DNA of 64,000 nt, taken from positions 960,494 to 1,024,493 of the forward strand of contig CP062796.1 of NCBI GenBank assembly GCA_018208355.1. Reading direction: 5' to 3'. The position numbers were made by a program, and so were the translations under genes. This DNA is from Candidatus Fermentithermobacillus carboniphilus. GTDB lineage: Bacteria; Bacillota; Sulfobacillia; Fermentithermobacillales; Fermentithermobacillaceae. Positions 17,445 to 26,099 of this stretch are shown here, in pieces. Under the pieces are notes generated by a model that saw only the letters and a list, made by a program, of their open reading frames with translations, was not told the DNA's origin and searched no databases. Every line of letters begins with the position of its first letter. Position 1 is the first letter of the stretch.

Positions 17445-18438
17445 GAAGCCCGCGGCCATCTACAAGCGCCCATATTCTGGGATCCTCCTGACCCAAGCGC
17501 CAGACGCCGATGCCTCGCCACATTCTTCTCAGGACTGCTTCCAACTTGACCAGGAAACTCCTTACGTCTTCGAACCAGACGATGTGCCGAACCACGTCAG
17601 CTGTGTAGGTAAAGTGTGGCTCCTGCGCTTCTTCGTTGTAGATGATTGTAGCTCCATGGGCTTGGGCGGTTTCAATGGCATCGGCATAGGAGAGGGTGAG
17701 GGGGAATCCCCCTGGCTGAACCCAATCGTATCCGTAGACAGGGATGCCGAGTTTTAGTTTAACCACTGGAACCTGAGTTTCGGCGAAGTCCATCACACGA
17801 CGAACGAAACCTATAGATGCTACAGGCCCGGGGGTCGCAAAATGCTCGTCGTATGCCAAGACGTAAAGATAGTCGGAGTACCGAGCCAGGTCCCGGTAAC
17901 TGAAGGCGCCCGAAAACGGGTGTTGGGGGTTCTCTTCGAGTTCAGCCGGCACCGAGATCGTGACCTGTTTTCGCAGAGGCGCCAGGGCCTCGTAGAGCTC
18001 TCGCATAAAAGCTGTGAGGTTGGGTCTATCTCTGGGTGGGACGAACTGGAAATCTATATTGACGCCCGAGTACTGCCTCGCCCGAACCAACCTTACGATG
18101 TTTCGTATCAGGTTTCTACGGATGGCCTCGTTTGTAAGGACTCGGTGTACCAATGGTCCGTATTCCCGGCTAGAGTAGTTGTGTATGATGGCGAGAATTG
18201 GGATGCCCGCCTCTTCAGCGATCCGTTCTGCTTCCTGGTCCACGTCGGAGTTAAGACCGCCTTCTTCGGTGATTCCGAACCAGAAAGGAATAAGATGGTC
18301 GATTTGCCTTGCATGAAGCTGGAGGTCTTGTCTGGCTATGTCTTCGTTTGCATAGTACCAGTCGCTGTCAATGAAGTACGGGTTGTTATCGGGAAGGCGT
18401 TCTTTGATCCCCCACCCAGGCCAAGATTGAGCTGCCAT
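17392..18438 (-). CDS. GH18-family protein of the spore YaaH/YdhD type, with the catalytic Glu replaced by Gln
   Basis: ..IPILAIIHNY..RARQYSGVNIDFQFV..YVLAYDEH.. is the GH18 (beta/alpha)8 core. The DxxDxDxE motif reads S-G-V-N-I-D-F-Q. No LysM repeats. The 3' end overlaps the CPBP gene by 53 nt in convergent orientation. Confidence 0.75.
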   Translation of the reverse strand: MAAQSWPGWGIKERLPDNNPYFIDSDWYYANEDIARQDLQLHARQIDHLIPFWFGITEEGGLNSDVDQEAERIAEEAGIPILAIIHNYSSREYGPLVHRVLTNEAIRRNLIRNIVRLVRARQYSGVNIDFQFVPPRDRPNLTAFMRELYEALAPLRKQVTISVPAELEENPQHPFSGAFSYRDLARYSDYLYVLAYDEHFATPGPVASIGFVRRVMDFAETQVPVVKLKLGIPVYGYDWVQPGGFPLTLSYADAIETAQAHGATIIYNEEAQEPHFTYTADVVRHIVWFEDVRSFLVKLEAVLRRMWRGIGVWRLGQEDPRIWALVDGRGLPTISQETPGTRLSDSAG

Positions 18439-18553
18439 ATGATCTGCTCCTTTATGCTAATGTTTACATAATGCTTCGTTCTATCATATGCTGCCCGTTG
18501 CTGGTGGTGCAAACCGGAGTCTTGTCCAGTTTGCTATGCCTTGTGGGAGGCGA

Positions 18554-18685
18554 AAGTATGCTACAGTTCAAGCGATCAGAGGGATAAGCTTCGCGATCCG
18601 ACCGGGAGAGTGTGTGGGATTCATCGGCCCCAACGGCGCAGGCAAAACGACCACGATCAAGATCCTCTCAGGTCTCCTGGCCCCT
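18554..18685 (+). pseudogene. N-terminal fragment of an ABC-transporter ATPase gene (through Walker A)
   Basis: [44 protein letters not shown], then unrelated sequence. No Q-loop, signature or Walker B. Confidence 0.7.
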
Positions 18686-18904
18686 ATGGGAAGCTCGCAA
18701 CACTCTGGCCCTGGTTCTTGCCTCCTCTACATCCAGCGGAGGAACATTCGGCCTGCTGAGTTTTCCAAACACTCGCTCAGATCGAGTTCTACCTGGAATC
18801 CTCTCTATGTAGAACCTGTCAGCGTCCTGGACGAACAAAATCCGGTCCCCTCCTTTTAGGCCCATTTCATCCCGGACGCTTGCGGGTACCGTGATGGCCT
18901 CCTT
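18668..18904 (-). pseudogene. AbrB/MazE/SpoVT-type antitoxin gene lacking its first codons
   Basis: In-frame ..[46 protein letters not shown].. begins directly after a TGA (18907..18905) with no start codon for the first beta-strand. Its 3' end abuts the ABC fragment at about 18685. Confidence 0.55.
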
Positions 18905-19216
18905 TCAGCTTGAGCGCCTGAATTCCGGGCTATGACCACCGGCAAAGTTGCACTCTTGGCCTACGGCATTTTCTGGCCATATCTACCCGATACCAGTTTT
19001 TCAATTGCTCTACGCGCCAAAGACCCGCGAGGGCCTCCATGTCTTTGGCCAGGTCGAGCGCCACTTTGTCCTCCGGGAAAGCCCGCTCTCAAACATCTAG
19101 AACGTTGTATCGAAAATTAGGATGTAACCTGCTCGTACAAGTTGACAGAGCCTAACTTTGAATCAGGAATCAATGCATCACCTCCAAAAGGTTCTGAGAA
19201 TATCGAGTGTTAAATA

Positions 19217-22078
19217 ATGATACTGACCAAGGAGATTACATCGATGGCTGAAAACCAAATACGCAACAACCTCGGAAACTCGTCGTGCTTCGGGCGTACG
19301 TCACGTTCCCCAGAAGCGTCTGGAACAGAAGTGTGGGACGACCTCTGGGAGACAGCCGCTGTCCCGACTTGGGATAGCATGTCTAACGAGATTCTTTCCG
19401 CGTTAGTCAGAGAATGCGGTGATCCTAGTAATAAGAAGTGGCTTGAGGCAGGGGCCGGTTCCGGAAGGATATCAGCGCGACTCGCTAAGCGGGGTGCCTC
19501 CGTGTACCTTGTCGATTACTCACCCACTGCCCTTGAGCTTGAAAAGCGTTTATTCGAGGAAGAAGGTGTGACCGGCTCCTTTCAGAATGCCGACATCCGC
19601 AATCTACCATATGAGGACGGTTTTTTTGATATCGTTTGGAGCGCAGGCGTCCTCGAACATTACGAGTACGATGACCAGTTGGCAATGCTTTCAGAATTGC
19701 TCAGAGTAACCAAGGAAAGTGGCCTCGTCATCAATATTGTTCCGTACGCCCAATCACCTTTTTACGTATTAGGTAAATGGTGGGCCGAAAGATCCGGGAA
19801 CTGGCCGTATGGCCGGGAGGTCCCGCTGTCAACTTTCCGGGAACACGCTGAGCATCTCAAAGCAACCCTGGTCAGAGAGTACACGATAGCAAGCGAGACG
19901 TCCCTCCACTTTTTGTCTCATATCCCAGGTTTCAGCGAATTCCTGAAAGCGGTAAGTTTGGCTATTTCCATCGATCCGGATTTACGTTCAAGCATACCTG
20001 GATACCTTCTTGTGTCTGTATTGAAGCCAAACAAAAGTGGTAATTCCAACTCCCGATATACGGCTCCGCTTACATCAAACAAAACACAGACAAATGTTGC
20101 TGCCTACCAAACCCCCGAACCTCAGTCTTATTATCAAACTATGTCAGCAAAATCGGTATCCAAACCAACATTATCTATAGCGGCAGGTCCAGTTCAGAAG
20201 ATATTGCTCGACGAGGGTTATAAGACTATAGTCTGTTTCTCGTCCACCGACTGGGATTTCCTGAAACAAAGACCGCAACACTTATTCGAAAAGTTCAGGG
20301 ACATGGGGTTTCGGATTATTCATATCAATTACACAAAAGCACGCCTTCAATTGGACAGGAGTTTCACGTCGAAGAACCCGAATGATCTATTAGACCTGGT
20401 ACGAGGCCAATTGTTAAGAGTCATCAGAGAAGTCGAACCCGGCATCTTCGCTGTGACCCCAATTGAAGCAATCGTCGATAACTCCGGTAAATCGGTAGAA
20501 GTCCTTCGTTACTTCATAGACCAGGTAATGCGCTTGTTCTCACCCTGTAAATACATTTGCTGGGTCCTGGCTCCGGCATGGGCCCCGGTGCTTCCCGTAC
20601 ACAGCACGAACTGCATCCTAGTCTATGATTGCGTTGATGAACACTCTGGTTTCAATCCCTCTCCACTAAACTTGGCCCGTGAAGAAGTCATCCTGCGTAG
20701 CTCAGATGTAGTCTTCGTGACCAGCCAACCTCTTGCCGAGTCCAAACGTATCGTCGCATCCTCGGTATACCTTGTTCCTAACGGAGTAAACCGCGATACG
20801 TTTCGCGGGGAATTCCCCGAGCCTAGGGATCTCTGCAATATCCCACATCCGCGGATCGGTTTCGTCGGCGCCATCGCAAGATGGGTTGATTTGCAGTTGA
20901 TCCGCGATTTAGCTGCAAACGAACCAGACTGGTCCATAGTCTTGATCGGACCGTCATTCACGGATACATCCTGCTTGAATCTGCCCAATATCTACATGCT
21001 GGGGTCTAAACCGTACGAGCAGCTTCCTGGATACTACAGACACCTGGATTGTGGCATAATCCCGTTCAAGACTGATGATATCCTTGCTCACAATAGCAAC
21101 CCCATCAAACTTCTGGAATACATGGCCGCAGGCTTGCCCGTGGTCAGCACGCCAATTCCGGAAAGCAAGCGTATGTGTCCCGCCGTCAGAGTAGCTGAGC
21201 CATCAGGTTTCGTTGCCGCCATTAAGTCGGCTCTCAGTGAGAAAACCGCGCGACGGGCTTCTGACGGTTATCAGTTTGCGCCTACAAGCGAGTCCACCTA
21301 CAGGGAAGAACTCCTGAATGCGTTATCATGGGATCATCTGGCAGAGACAGCTTGTGGAATCATAGCCAGTAGACTTGCCGCGTCTAAAAATGACTTTTCG
21401 TTGGCACGGCACATACTGAAATCGATACTGCCCCACTCGGTCGACAAGGCAGCGATTCATGCAGACGTACGGCTCTACGCTAGACTCGAGCGGTATTGGC
21501 AAGGAGCTCCGAGAACCGAAGCTGAGACTCGTCACTCATCCGTGATAGAGCGAGACTTAGGATACGAGAACCCGTCGAAAGAATCCGGAGTTGGCGGGAA
21601 GCCATCTCTTACTCCGCTTCGCATTGCTGCCAAGTTGCCTTACTGTATGCTGCTTTTCCCCGATTGGGATAACCCAGCCGGTCCTTGGGTCGACTCTCTG
21701 AAGACCGTGCTGAGACTATTCCAGAACAACAGGCGAATGACGCTGGCGATCAGGGCAGATCCCGATGTTATTCCGGCAGACAAAGCGGTCACAATCATTT
21801 CCGACTTAATGCTTCAGGCTACAGCCACGACAGAGACAGATTTTTCAGACAACGTCACGATTGTGGATGATCGTATATCTCCCGAACAGATTGACCGTCT
21901 TCTTTTAGCGGTAGATGCAGTCATTGTCCCGCAAGGCGAAGAAGAATCCAAACACCTCTCCCAGGTCCTTCAGGTTGCCAGCGAGATAGGCGTAACCCTG
22001 GTGAGTTTCTTGAACGAAGGCGCGCATACGAGAGTAATCGTAAGAAACCCTGGAACAAGCCTGAAAGTAGAGAGGTGA
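19217..22078 (+). CDS. 953-aa fusion: class I SAM methyltransferase, Q/S/T/P-rich linker, TuaH-like GT-B glycosyltransferase, about 250-aa C-terminal domain of unknown function
   Basis: WLEAGAGSGRISARLAKRGASVYLVDYSP..FFDIVWSAGVLEHY (methyltransferase). CFSSTDWDFLKQRPQHLFEKF and NPIKLLEYMAAGLPVVSTPIPE (GT1/TuaH-like). No recognisable motif in the last third. Confidence 0.75.
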   Translation: MILTKEITSMAENQIRNNLGNSSCFGRTSRSPEASGTEVWDDLWETAAVPTWDSMSNEILSALVRECGDPSNKKWLEAGAGSGRISARLAKRGASVYLVDYSPTALELEKRLFEEEGVTGSFQNADIRNLPYEDGFFDIVWSAGVLEHYEYDDQLAMLSELLRVTKESGLVINIVPYAQSPFYVLGKWWAERSGNWPYGREVPLSTFREHAEHLKATLVREYTIASETSLHFLSHIPGFSEFLKAVSLAISIDPDLRSSIPGYLLVSVLKPNKSGNSNSRYTAPLTSNKTQTNVAAYQTPEPQSYYQTMSAKSVSKPTLSIAAGPVQKILLDEGYKTIVCFSSTDWDFLKQRPQHLFEKFRDMGFRIIHINYTKARLQLDRSFTSKNPNDLLDLVRGQLLRVIREVEPGIFAVTPIEAIVDNSGKSVEVLRYFIDQVMRLFSPCKYICWVLAPAWAPVLPVHSTNCILVYDCVDEHSGFNPSPLNLAREEVILRSSDVVFVTSQPLAESKRIVASSVYLVPNGVNRDTFRGEFPEPRDLCNIPHPRIGFVGAIARWVDLQLIRDLAANEPDWSIVLIGPSFTDTSCLNLPNIYMLGSKPYEQLPGYYRHLDCGIIPFKTDDILAHNSNPIKLLEYMAAGLPVVSTPIPESKRMCPAVRVAEPSGFVAAIKSALSEKTARRASDGYQFAPTSESTYREELLNALSWDHLAETACGIIASRLAASKNDFSLARHILKSILPHSVDKAAIHADVRLYARLERYWQGAPRTEAETRHSSVIERDLGYENPSKESGVGGKPSLTPLRIAAKLPYCMLLFPDWDNPAGPWVDSLKTVLRLFQNNRRMTLAIRADPDVIPADKAVTIISDLMLQATATTETDFSDNVTIVDDRISPEQIDRLLLAVDAVIVPQGEEESKHLSQVLQVASEIGVTLVSFLNEGAHTRVIVRNPGTSLKVER

Positions 22079-22923
22079 AACACACAATGGTACGTGTACT
22101 CGTCGGATCCCCTGTCCGCCAAAAACCTGAAATTCTTGCATATTTTCTCGAATCTCTCAAGACGCTTAAGACAAGTCGAACTGGAAATGAATCTCAACAA
22201 ATATCGTTGGATTACCTTTTCGTGGACGACAATGTAGACCCTGCAGCACAATCTCTTCTTCGCAGCTTTCACCGAGAGGGAAGCCAAGTATATATCCGAG
22301 ACGCGGGAGTTCGCATAGGCAGATATGACTGTAATGGCCCTACCCACGCGTGGCGGGAAGACCTCATCTGGAAAGTGGCTGAGTTCAAGGACTCCATGAT
22401 CAGATATGCGCTTCTCTCAGGATACGATTATCTCTTCTTGATAGACTCGGACCTCGTGCTGCACCCGGAGACACTGCTTCATTTATTATCTTTGGGTAAG
22501 GACATCGTATGCGAGATTTTTTGGACCAAGTGGCAACCCGGTTCACCTGAGCTCCCTCAAGTGTGGTTGCGGGACCAGTACACCCTTTACCATTCAGCCC
22601 GAGGGGAGAATTTGAGTAAAGAAGAAATTTACGCGCGCACGATGGCATTTTTAGAACAGTTGAAAGTACCCGGTGTCTACGAAGTCGGAGGCTTAGGGGC
22701 CTGCACCCTCATCTCGCGACGTGCAATGGAGTCGGGCGTTTGTTTTAAGGAAATCCCAAACGTAAGTTTCTGGGGAGAAGACAGGCATTTTTGTATACGT
22801 GCAGCAGCTCTGGGATTCAAGTTATATGTCGATACAAATTTCCCGGCTTATCATATCTACAGGGATGAAGACCTGATAAAGCTTCGGGGTCTGATCCCCC
22901 CTCCATCTGGTTCTAATATGTGA
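22075..22923 (+). CDS. GT-A fold glycosyltransferase (family 2-like)
   Basis: VRVLVGSPVRQKPEILAYFLESL..DYLFVDDN and the D-x-D segment YDYLFLIDSDLVLHPETL. ATGA overlap with the upstream gene. Confidence 0.6.
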   Translation: MKHTMVRVLVGSPVRQKPEILAYFLESLKTLKTSRTGNESQQISLDYLFVDDNVDPAAQSLLRSFHREGSQVYIRDAGVRIGRYDCNGPTHAWREDLIWKVAEFKDSMIRYALLSGYDYLFLIDSDLVLHPETLLHLLSLGKDIVCEIFWTKWQPGSPELPQVWLRDQYTLYHSARGENLSKEEIYARTMAFLEQLKVPGVYEVGGLGACTLISRRAMESGVCFKEIPNVSFWGEDRHFCIRAAALGFKLYVDTNFPAYHIYRDEDLIKLRGLIPPPSGSNM

Positions 22924-22924
22924 T

Positions 22925-23110
22925 CCCAATGTCTGATTTTGCGCTGCACCCGTTTTTTGGACATGGGTTTACATTCGACCTCGGTCAATCTGCCACCTCC
23001 CGGTCGTACGCAAGTTTTTGCGGCATCTCAAGCGGCGTTCTATACCCCAAACGTGTTATTGTCCAGGTCTTCTTGAACTCCTGGACCACGAATGCTTGGA
23101 TTCATCTTGA
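22925..23110 (-). mobile_element. Relic B of the same IS30-like element (inverted relative to relic A)
   Basis: The reverse complement reads ..QEFKKTWTITRLGYRTPLEM.. then, after a frameshift, GGRLTEVECKPMSKKRV. This parallels relic A (LEFKKCRITARLGCKTPVDV..GGRLSEVECVLKPVSKNSG). Confidence 0.5.
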
Positions 23111-23976
23111 CTGTCCAGGAGCCGCGTCGCGGCAATGGGATCAGCGCAATTGGGAATGAAGTACCTAAGAGCAAACGCAACTCCGCTCTCGTCGTTGCTC
23201 TTTGTAACAAATTTCGCCGCCTCCTTGGTGTTTGCGTCTGAATTACCCATGGCTACCGGGTAACCCACCGCCTTCAAGAGTTCTATGTCGCTCTCCGCAT
23301 CACCGATGGCCATAACATCTGAAAGTTCCAGGCCCAATATGGCGAGAACCTCATCCAAAGCACGCCTCTTTGAACACCCGGCTGCCACGACCTCGACAGT
23401 TTTGGGACCAGTAGACCATACATTGACCCACTTACCCCACCTATCATTGAGATAGGAGATAAGCGGTCCTTGCTCGCTGCGTTCAACTCTGATCCCTATC
23501 TTTCGGACCTTCAGATTCTCACACTTGACAAGAGCTGGAATGTCCAATGATGCTCTTGTCGAAACGTGGTTCGAATAGCCAGGTAGGGGAAATCGTGCGT
23601 CCCGAATAACCTCGCCTACAGTCGTGTATATGTGGTGATATCTGGGCGCGGACTTCAGGAATGTCAGAATCTCCATGCTGACCCCTTGATCTATGTGCAC
23701 GTCAATAACCGGTTCCGACCTTCCCGGTATCATCACCAGGGCGCCATTTGAACATATGAGGATCGGGCTGAAACCGAGCATATCCAGAACATCCTTAAAA
23801 AACTGTGGAATCCGGCCGGTTGCAATTGCTACCATAACCCCGGCCTCGTGAATCCGCAAAAGCTCTCGCGTGTCTTCCTCCGAGACCTGCCCCTGGCTGT
23901 TCAAGAGAGTCCCATCTAGGTCAACTACCACAAGCCTGACCACGTCTCTCACCGCTGAACTAACGATTTGAGCCAA
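23056..23976 (-). CDS. Cof-type HAD-IIB sugar phosphatase, with a C-terminal extension read from IS-relic DNA
   Basis: VVDLDGTLLNS (motif I), ATGR, AIGDAESDIELL (motif IV). Homology with the fragment at 10737 ends at RYF(I/T)P. The next 30 codons (NCADPIAATRLLDSQDESKHSWSRSSRRPGQ) lie in relic B. Confidence 0.8.
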   Translation of the reverse strand: MAQIVSSAVRDVVRLVVVDLDGTLLNSQGQVSEEDTRELLRIHEAGVMVAIATGRIPQFFKDVLDMLGFSPILICSNGALVMIPGRSEPVIDVHIDQGVSMEILTFLKSAPRYHHIYTTVGEVIRDARFPLPGYSNHVSTRASLDIPALVKCENLKVRKIGIRVERSEQGPLISYLNDRWGKWVNVWSTGPKTVEVVAAGCSKRRALDEVLAILGLELSDVMAIGDAESDIELLKAVGYPVAMGNSDANTKEAAKFVTKSNDESGVAFALRYFIPNCADPIAATRLLDSQDESKHSWSRSSRRPGQ

Positions 23977-24722
23977 GAAAGTCGTTCCACATACCTTCGC
24001 TCTATCTCCACCCTAAACGCTTCTTGCATTTCCTCCGCCTCATCAAGGTTCCCGCTGACCATAATCGGCGGAGTATCTCCCCGCTCCACAAGCTTTTCAA
24101 TTGCCGCCGCAATTACCGACCAAAGAATAGCGACCCCGGTGACAGTGGAAGTGGGACAGGCTTTCACCGGGAGCCCCTTGAACTCAAGGGCTGCGTCTCC
24201 AGGTACTCCCATGTTGTCCAACACGACATCGGCAATGTCATGTAGTTTCTTCCCGGAGGAGTGCCTCGAGGCCACCGCTTCGGCATGGGCAAGGGACGTG
24301 ATGGCAATGACTTTTACTCCTTTTTCCTTGAAAAGGAGCGCCATTTCGATCGGGCAGGCGTTCCTACCTGAATTGGAGACGATTATGGCCACATCCTCAG
24401 GTCTTACATCACAAGGATGAGAGTCCAGGAGCACCTTAGCCAAACCCGGTAACCTCTCAAGGGCAGAAGACTTCCCATACCCTTCGTGAAGCATTAGACA
24501 CGGTTCCAGTATAGGCGCAACCGCAAACAAACCGCCGGCTCGAGCGTATGCCTCTTCTGCAAGAATGTGAGAGTGACCCGTGCCGAAAATGTGCAATATG
24601 CCGCCTTTCCAAAGAGACTCTGCGACAATTTGGCCCGCTTCCTCGATCTTCGTGGCCTCCTTTTCACCTATAGTCTTCAGGATCGATATAACGACATCAA
24701 TAAAACGACTACCGCCCATCAT
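23949..24722 (-). CDS. SIS-domain protein of the UPF0309 type (putative phosphosugar isomerase/binding protein)
   Basis: IEEAGQIVAESLWKGGILHIFGTGHSHILAEEAYARAGGL..VSNSGRN. Start set at the ATG at 24722, after GGGAGG with 6-nt spacing. Confidence 0.7.
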   Translation of the reverse strand: MMGGSRFIDVVISILKTIGEKEATKIEEAGQIVAESLWKGGILHIFGTGHSHILAEEAYARAGGLFAVAPILEPCLMLHEGYGKSSALERLPGLAKVLLDSHPCDVRPEDVAIIVSNSGRNACPIEMALLFKEKGVKVIAITSLAHAEAVASRHSSGKKLHDIADVVLDNMGVPGDAALEFKGLPVKACPTSTVTGVAILWSVIAAAIEKLVERGDTPPIMVSGNLDEAEEMQEAFRVEIERRYVERLSWLKSLVQR

Positions 24723-24862
24723 CAGGTGCCTCCCATCGAAACCGGTGCCAGATTCAACATTCAAACCGGTTTATGCCGTTCCTGGAAAACATATAAGTGC
24801 TTCGCTGATGTGCCAAAACCCCCGTCGATGAAACTATCACCGGGAGAATCCTTGTCGGATTG

Positions 24863-25294
24863 TCAAGGAGTCCCAAGAGTTGGAGAGGTCTGTAACCGCG
24901 ACTTTACCTCTGAGCCTAGATCTTGGATGCTGGCCCGTCCGGCATTTATCGCGATATCTACGAGTTCTTGAGCCGACGCGCCTGCCCGTGCAGTAAAGAC
25001 CTCGAGGAGCATCGCCAAGTTAACTCCGGTTACAAGATGGAAACCCGAAAGCCCGGCCAGAAGACAAGCAGCATTACCGGGCGTCCCACCTTGTAGATCT
25101 GCGAAAATGATAAAACCATCTCCCTCATCCACACACTGAATAGCTTCTTGTATCTTCTGTTGCATATCTGATAGGCCCTCGCCTACTTGAAGACCAACCG
25201 CTTTGACCTGTCTTTGTTCCCCTAATATCATGAAAGCTGCTTCTAAGAGACTCTCGGCTAGACGACCATGGGATACAATGACGAGTCCTACCAC
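24863..25294 (-). CDS. PTS mannose-family EIIA component
   Basis: VGLVIVSHGRLAESLLEAA (phospho-His motif SHG). GTG at 25294 lies immediately after the nanE stop. Confidence 0.75.
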   Translation of the reverse strand: MVGLVIVSHGRLAESLLEAAFMILGEQRQVKAVGLQVGEGLSDMQQKIQEAIQCVDEGDGFIIFADLQGGTPGNAACLLAGLSGFHLVTGVNLAMLLEVFTARAGASAQELVDIAINAGRASIQDLGSEVKSRLQTSPTLGTP

Positions 25295-25296
25295 GT

Positions 25297-25977
25297 TTAT
25301 TTCAACCCCTTGCACTGCCGTCTTTGTATAAACTCAACATAACGCCGGGTGATCTCTCGTGGTCGTGTGATTGCGGTACCTACAACCACAGCGTAAGCTC
25401 CGCAATCCAACGCCTTTACAACCTGTTCCGGATACCAGTAACCGCCCTCCGCAATGACGGGGCAGGTCACACTTTGTACGATCCTTTCAAGGAGCCCGAA
25501 GTCAGGACCGTTTTTAGAGTCGCTCAAAGTAGTCGCAACGATATCTGCCCCTGCTTCGGCTGCAGCGATAGCATCGCTCAATGTGGCGCAATCTGCCATG
25601 ACAGGAACATTCAGCCTGTTATGACACGCGTCAATTATCTCCTCTACCCTATCTCCGAAAGGCTTTTCGCGCGTGGCGTGGGTGGCTACGATATTGGAGC
25701 CCGCGGCGACGATAGCTTCAGCGGCATCCACCGTTGGAGTGATCCATACTCTGCCCAGTTGGTCACGTTCCTTAAGTATACCTATGATGGGTAGACGTAC
25801 TGTCCTCCGAATGAGGGCGATGTCGTCAACCCCATTTGCACGTATACCAGAGGCACCTCCCAGTTCTGCGCTATACGCCATTGCTGCCATCAACACCGGT
25901 CCATGCAGAGGTTCTCCATCGTGGGCCTGACACGACACGATCAGCCCGCCCTTAAGTTTTTCGACGATCGGATACAT
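25297..25977 (-). CDS. nanE: N-acylmannosamine-6-phosphate 2-epimerase
   Basis: GLIVSCQAHDGEPLHGPVLMAAMAYSAELGGASGIRANG..LPIIGILKER is closely NanE-like. Length 226 aa. Confidence 0.85.
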   Translation of the reverse strand: MYPIVEKLKGGLIVSCQAHDGEPLHGPVLMAAMAYSAELGGASGIRANGVDDIALIRRTVRLPIIGILKERDQLGRVWITPTVDAAEAIVAAGSNIVATHATREKPFGDRVEEIIDACHNRLNVPVMADCATLSDAIAAAEAGADIVATTLSDSKNGPDFGLLERIVQSVTCPVIAEGGYWYPEQVVKALDCGAYAVVVGTAITRPREITRRYVEFIQRRQCKGLK

Positions 25978-26099
25978 GGAGGTCCCCTCTTTCGCCTGTT
26001 GGAATCTAACCCCTTCAAGTCCTGTCTTTGAGTCCGGTCAAACATCTAACGCTGGTTTACGTGCGCTCCGAGGTTCCCATCAGGGGTTCCCATCAGGAG

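Noticed and set aside
17842-18471. 209-aa plus-strand ORF
   Set aside because: Antisense shadow of the GH18 gene. No motifs and no Shine-Dalgarno site.
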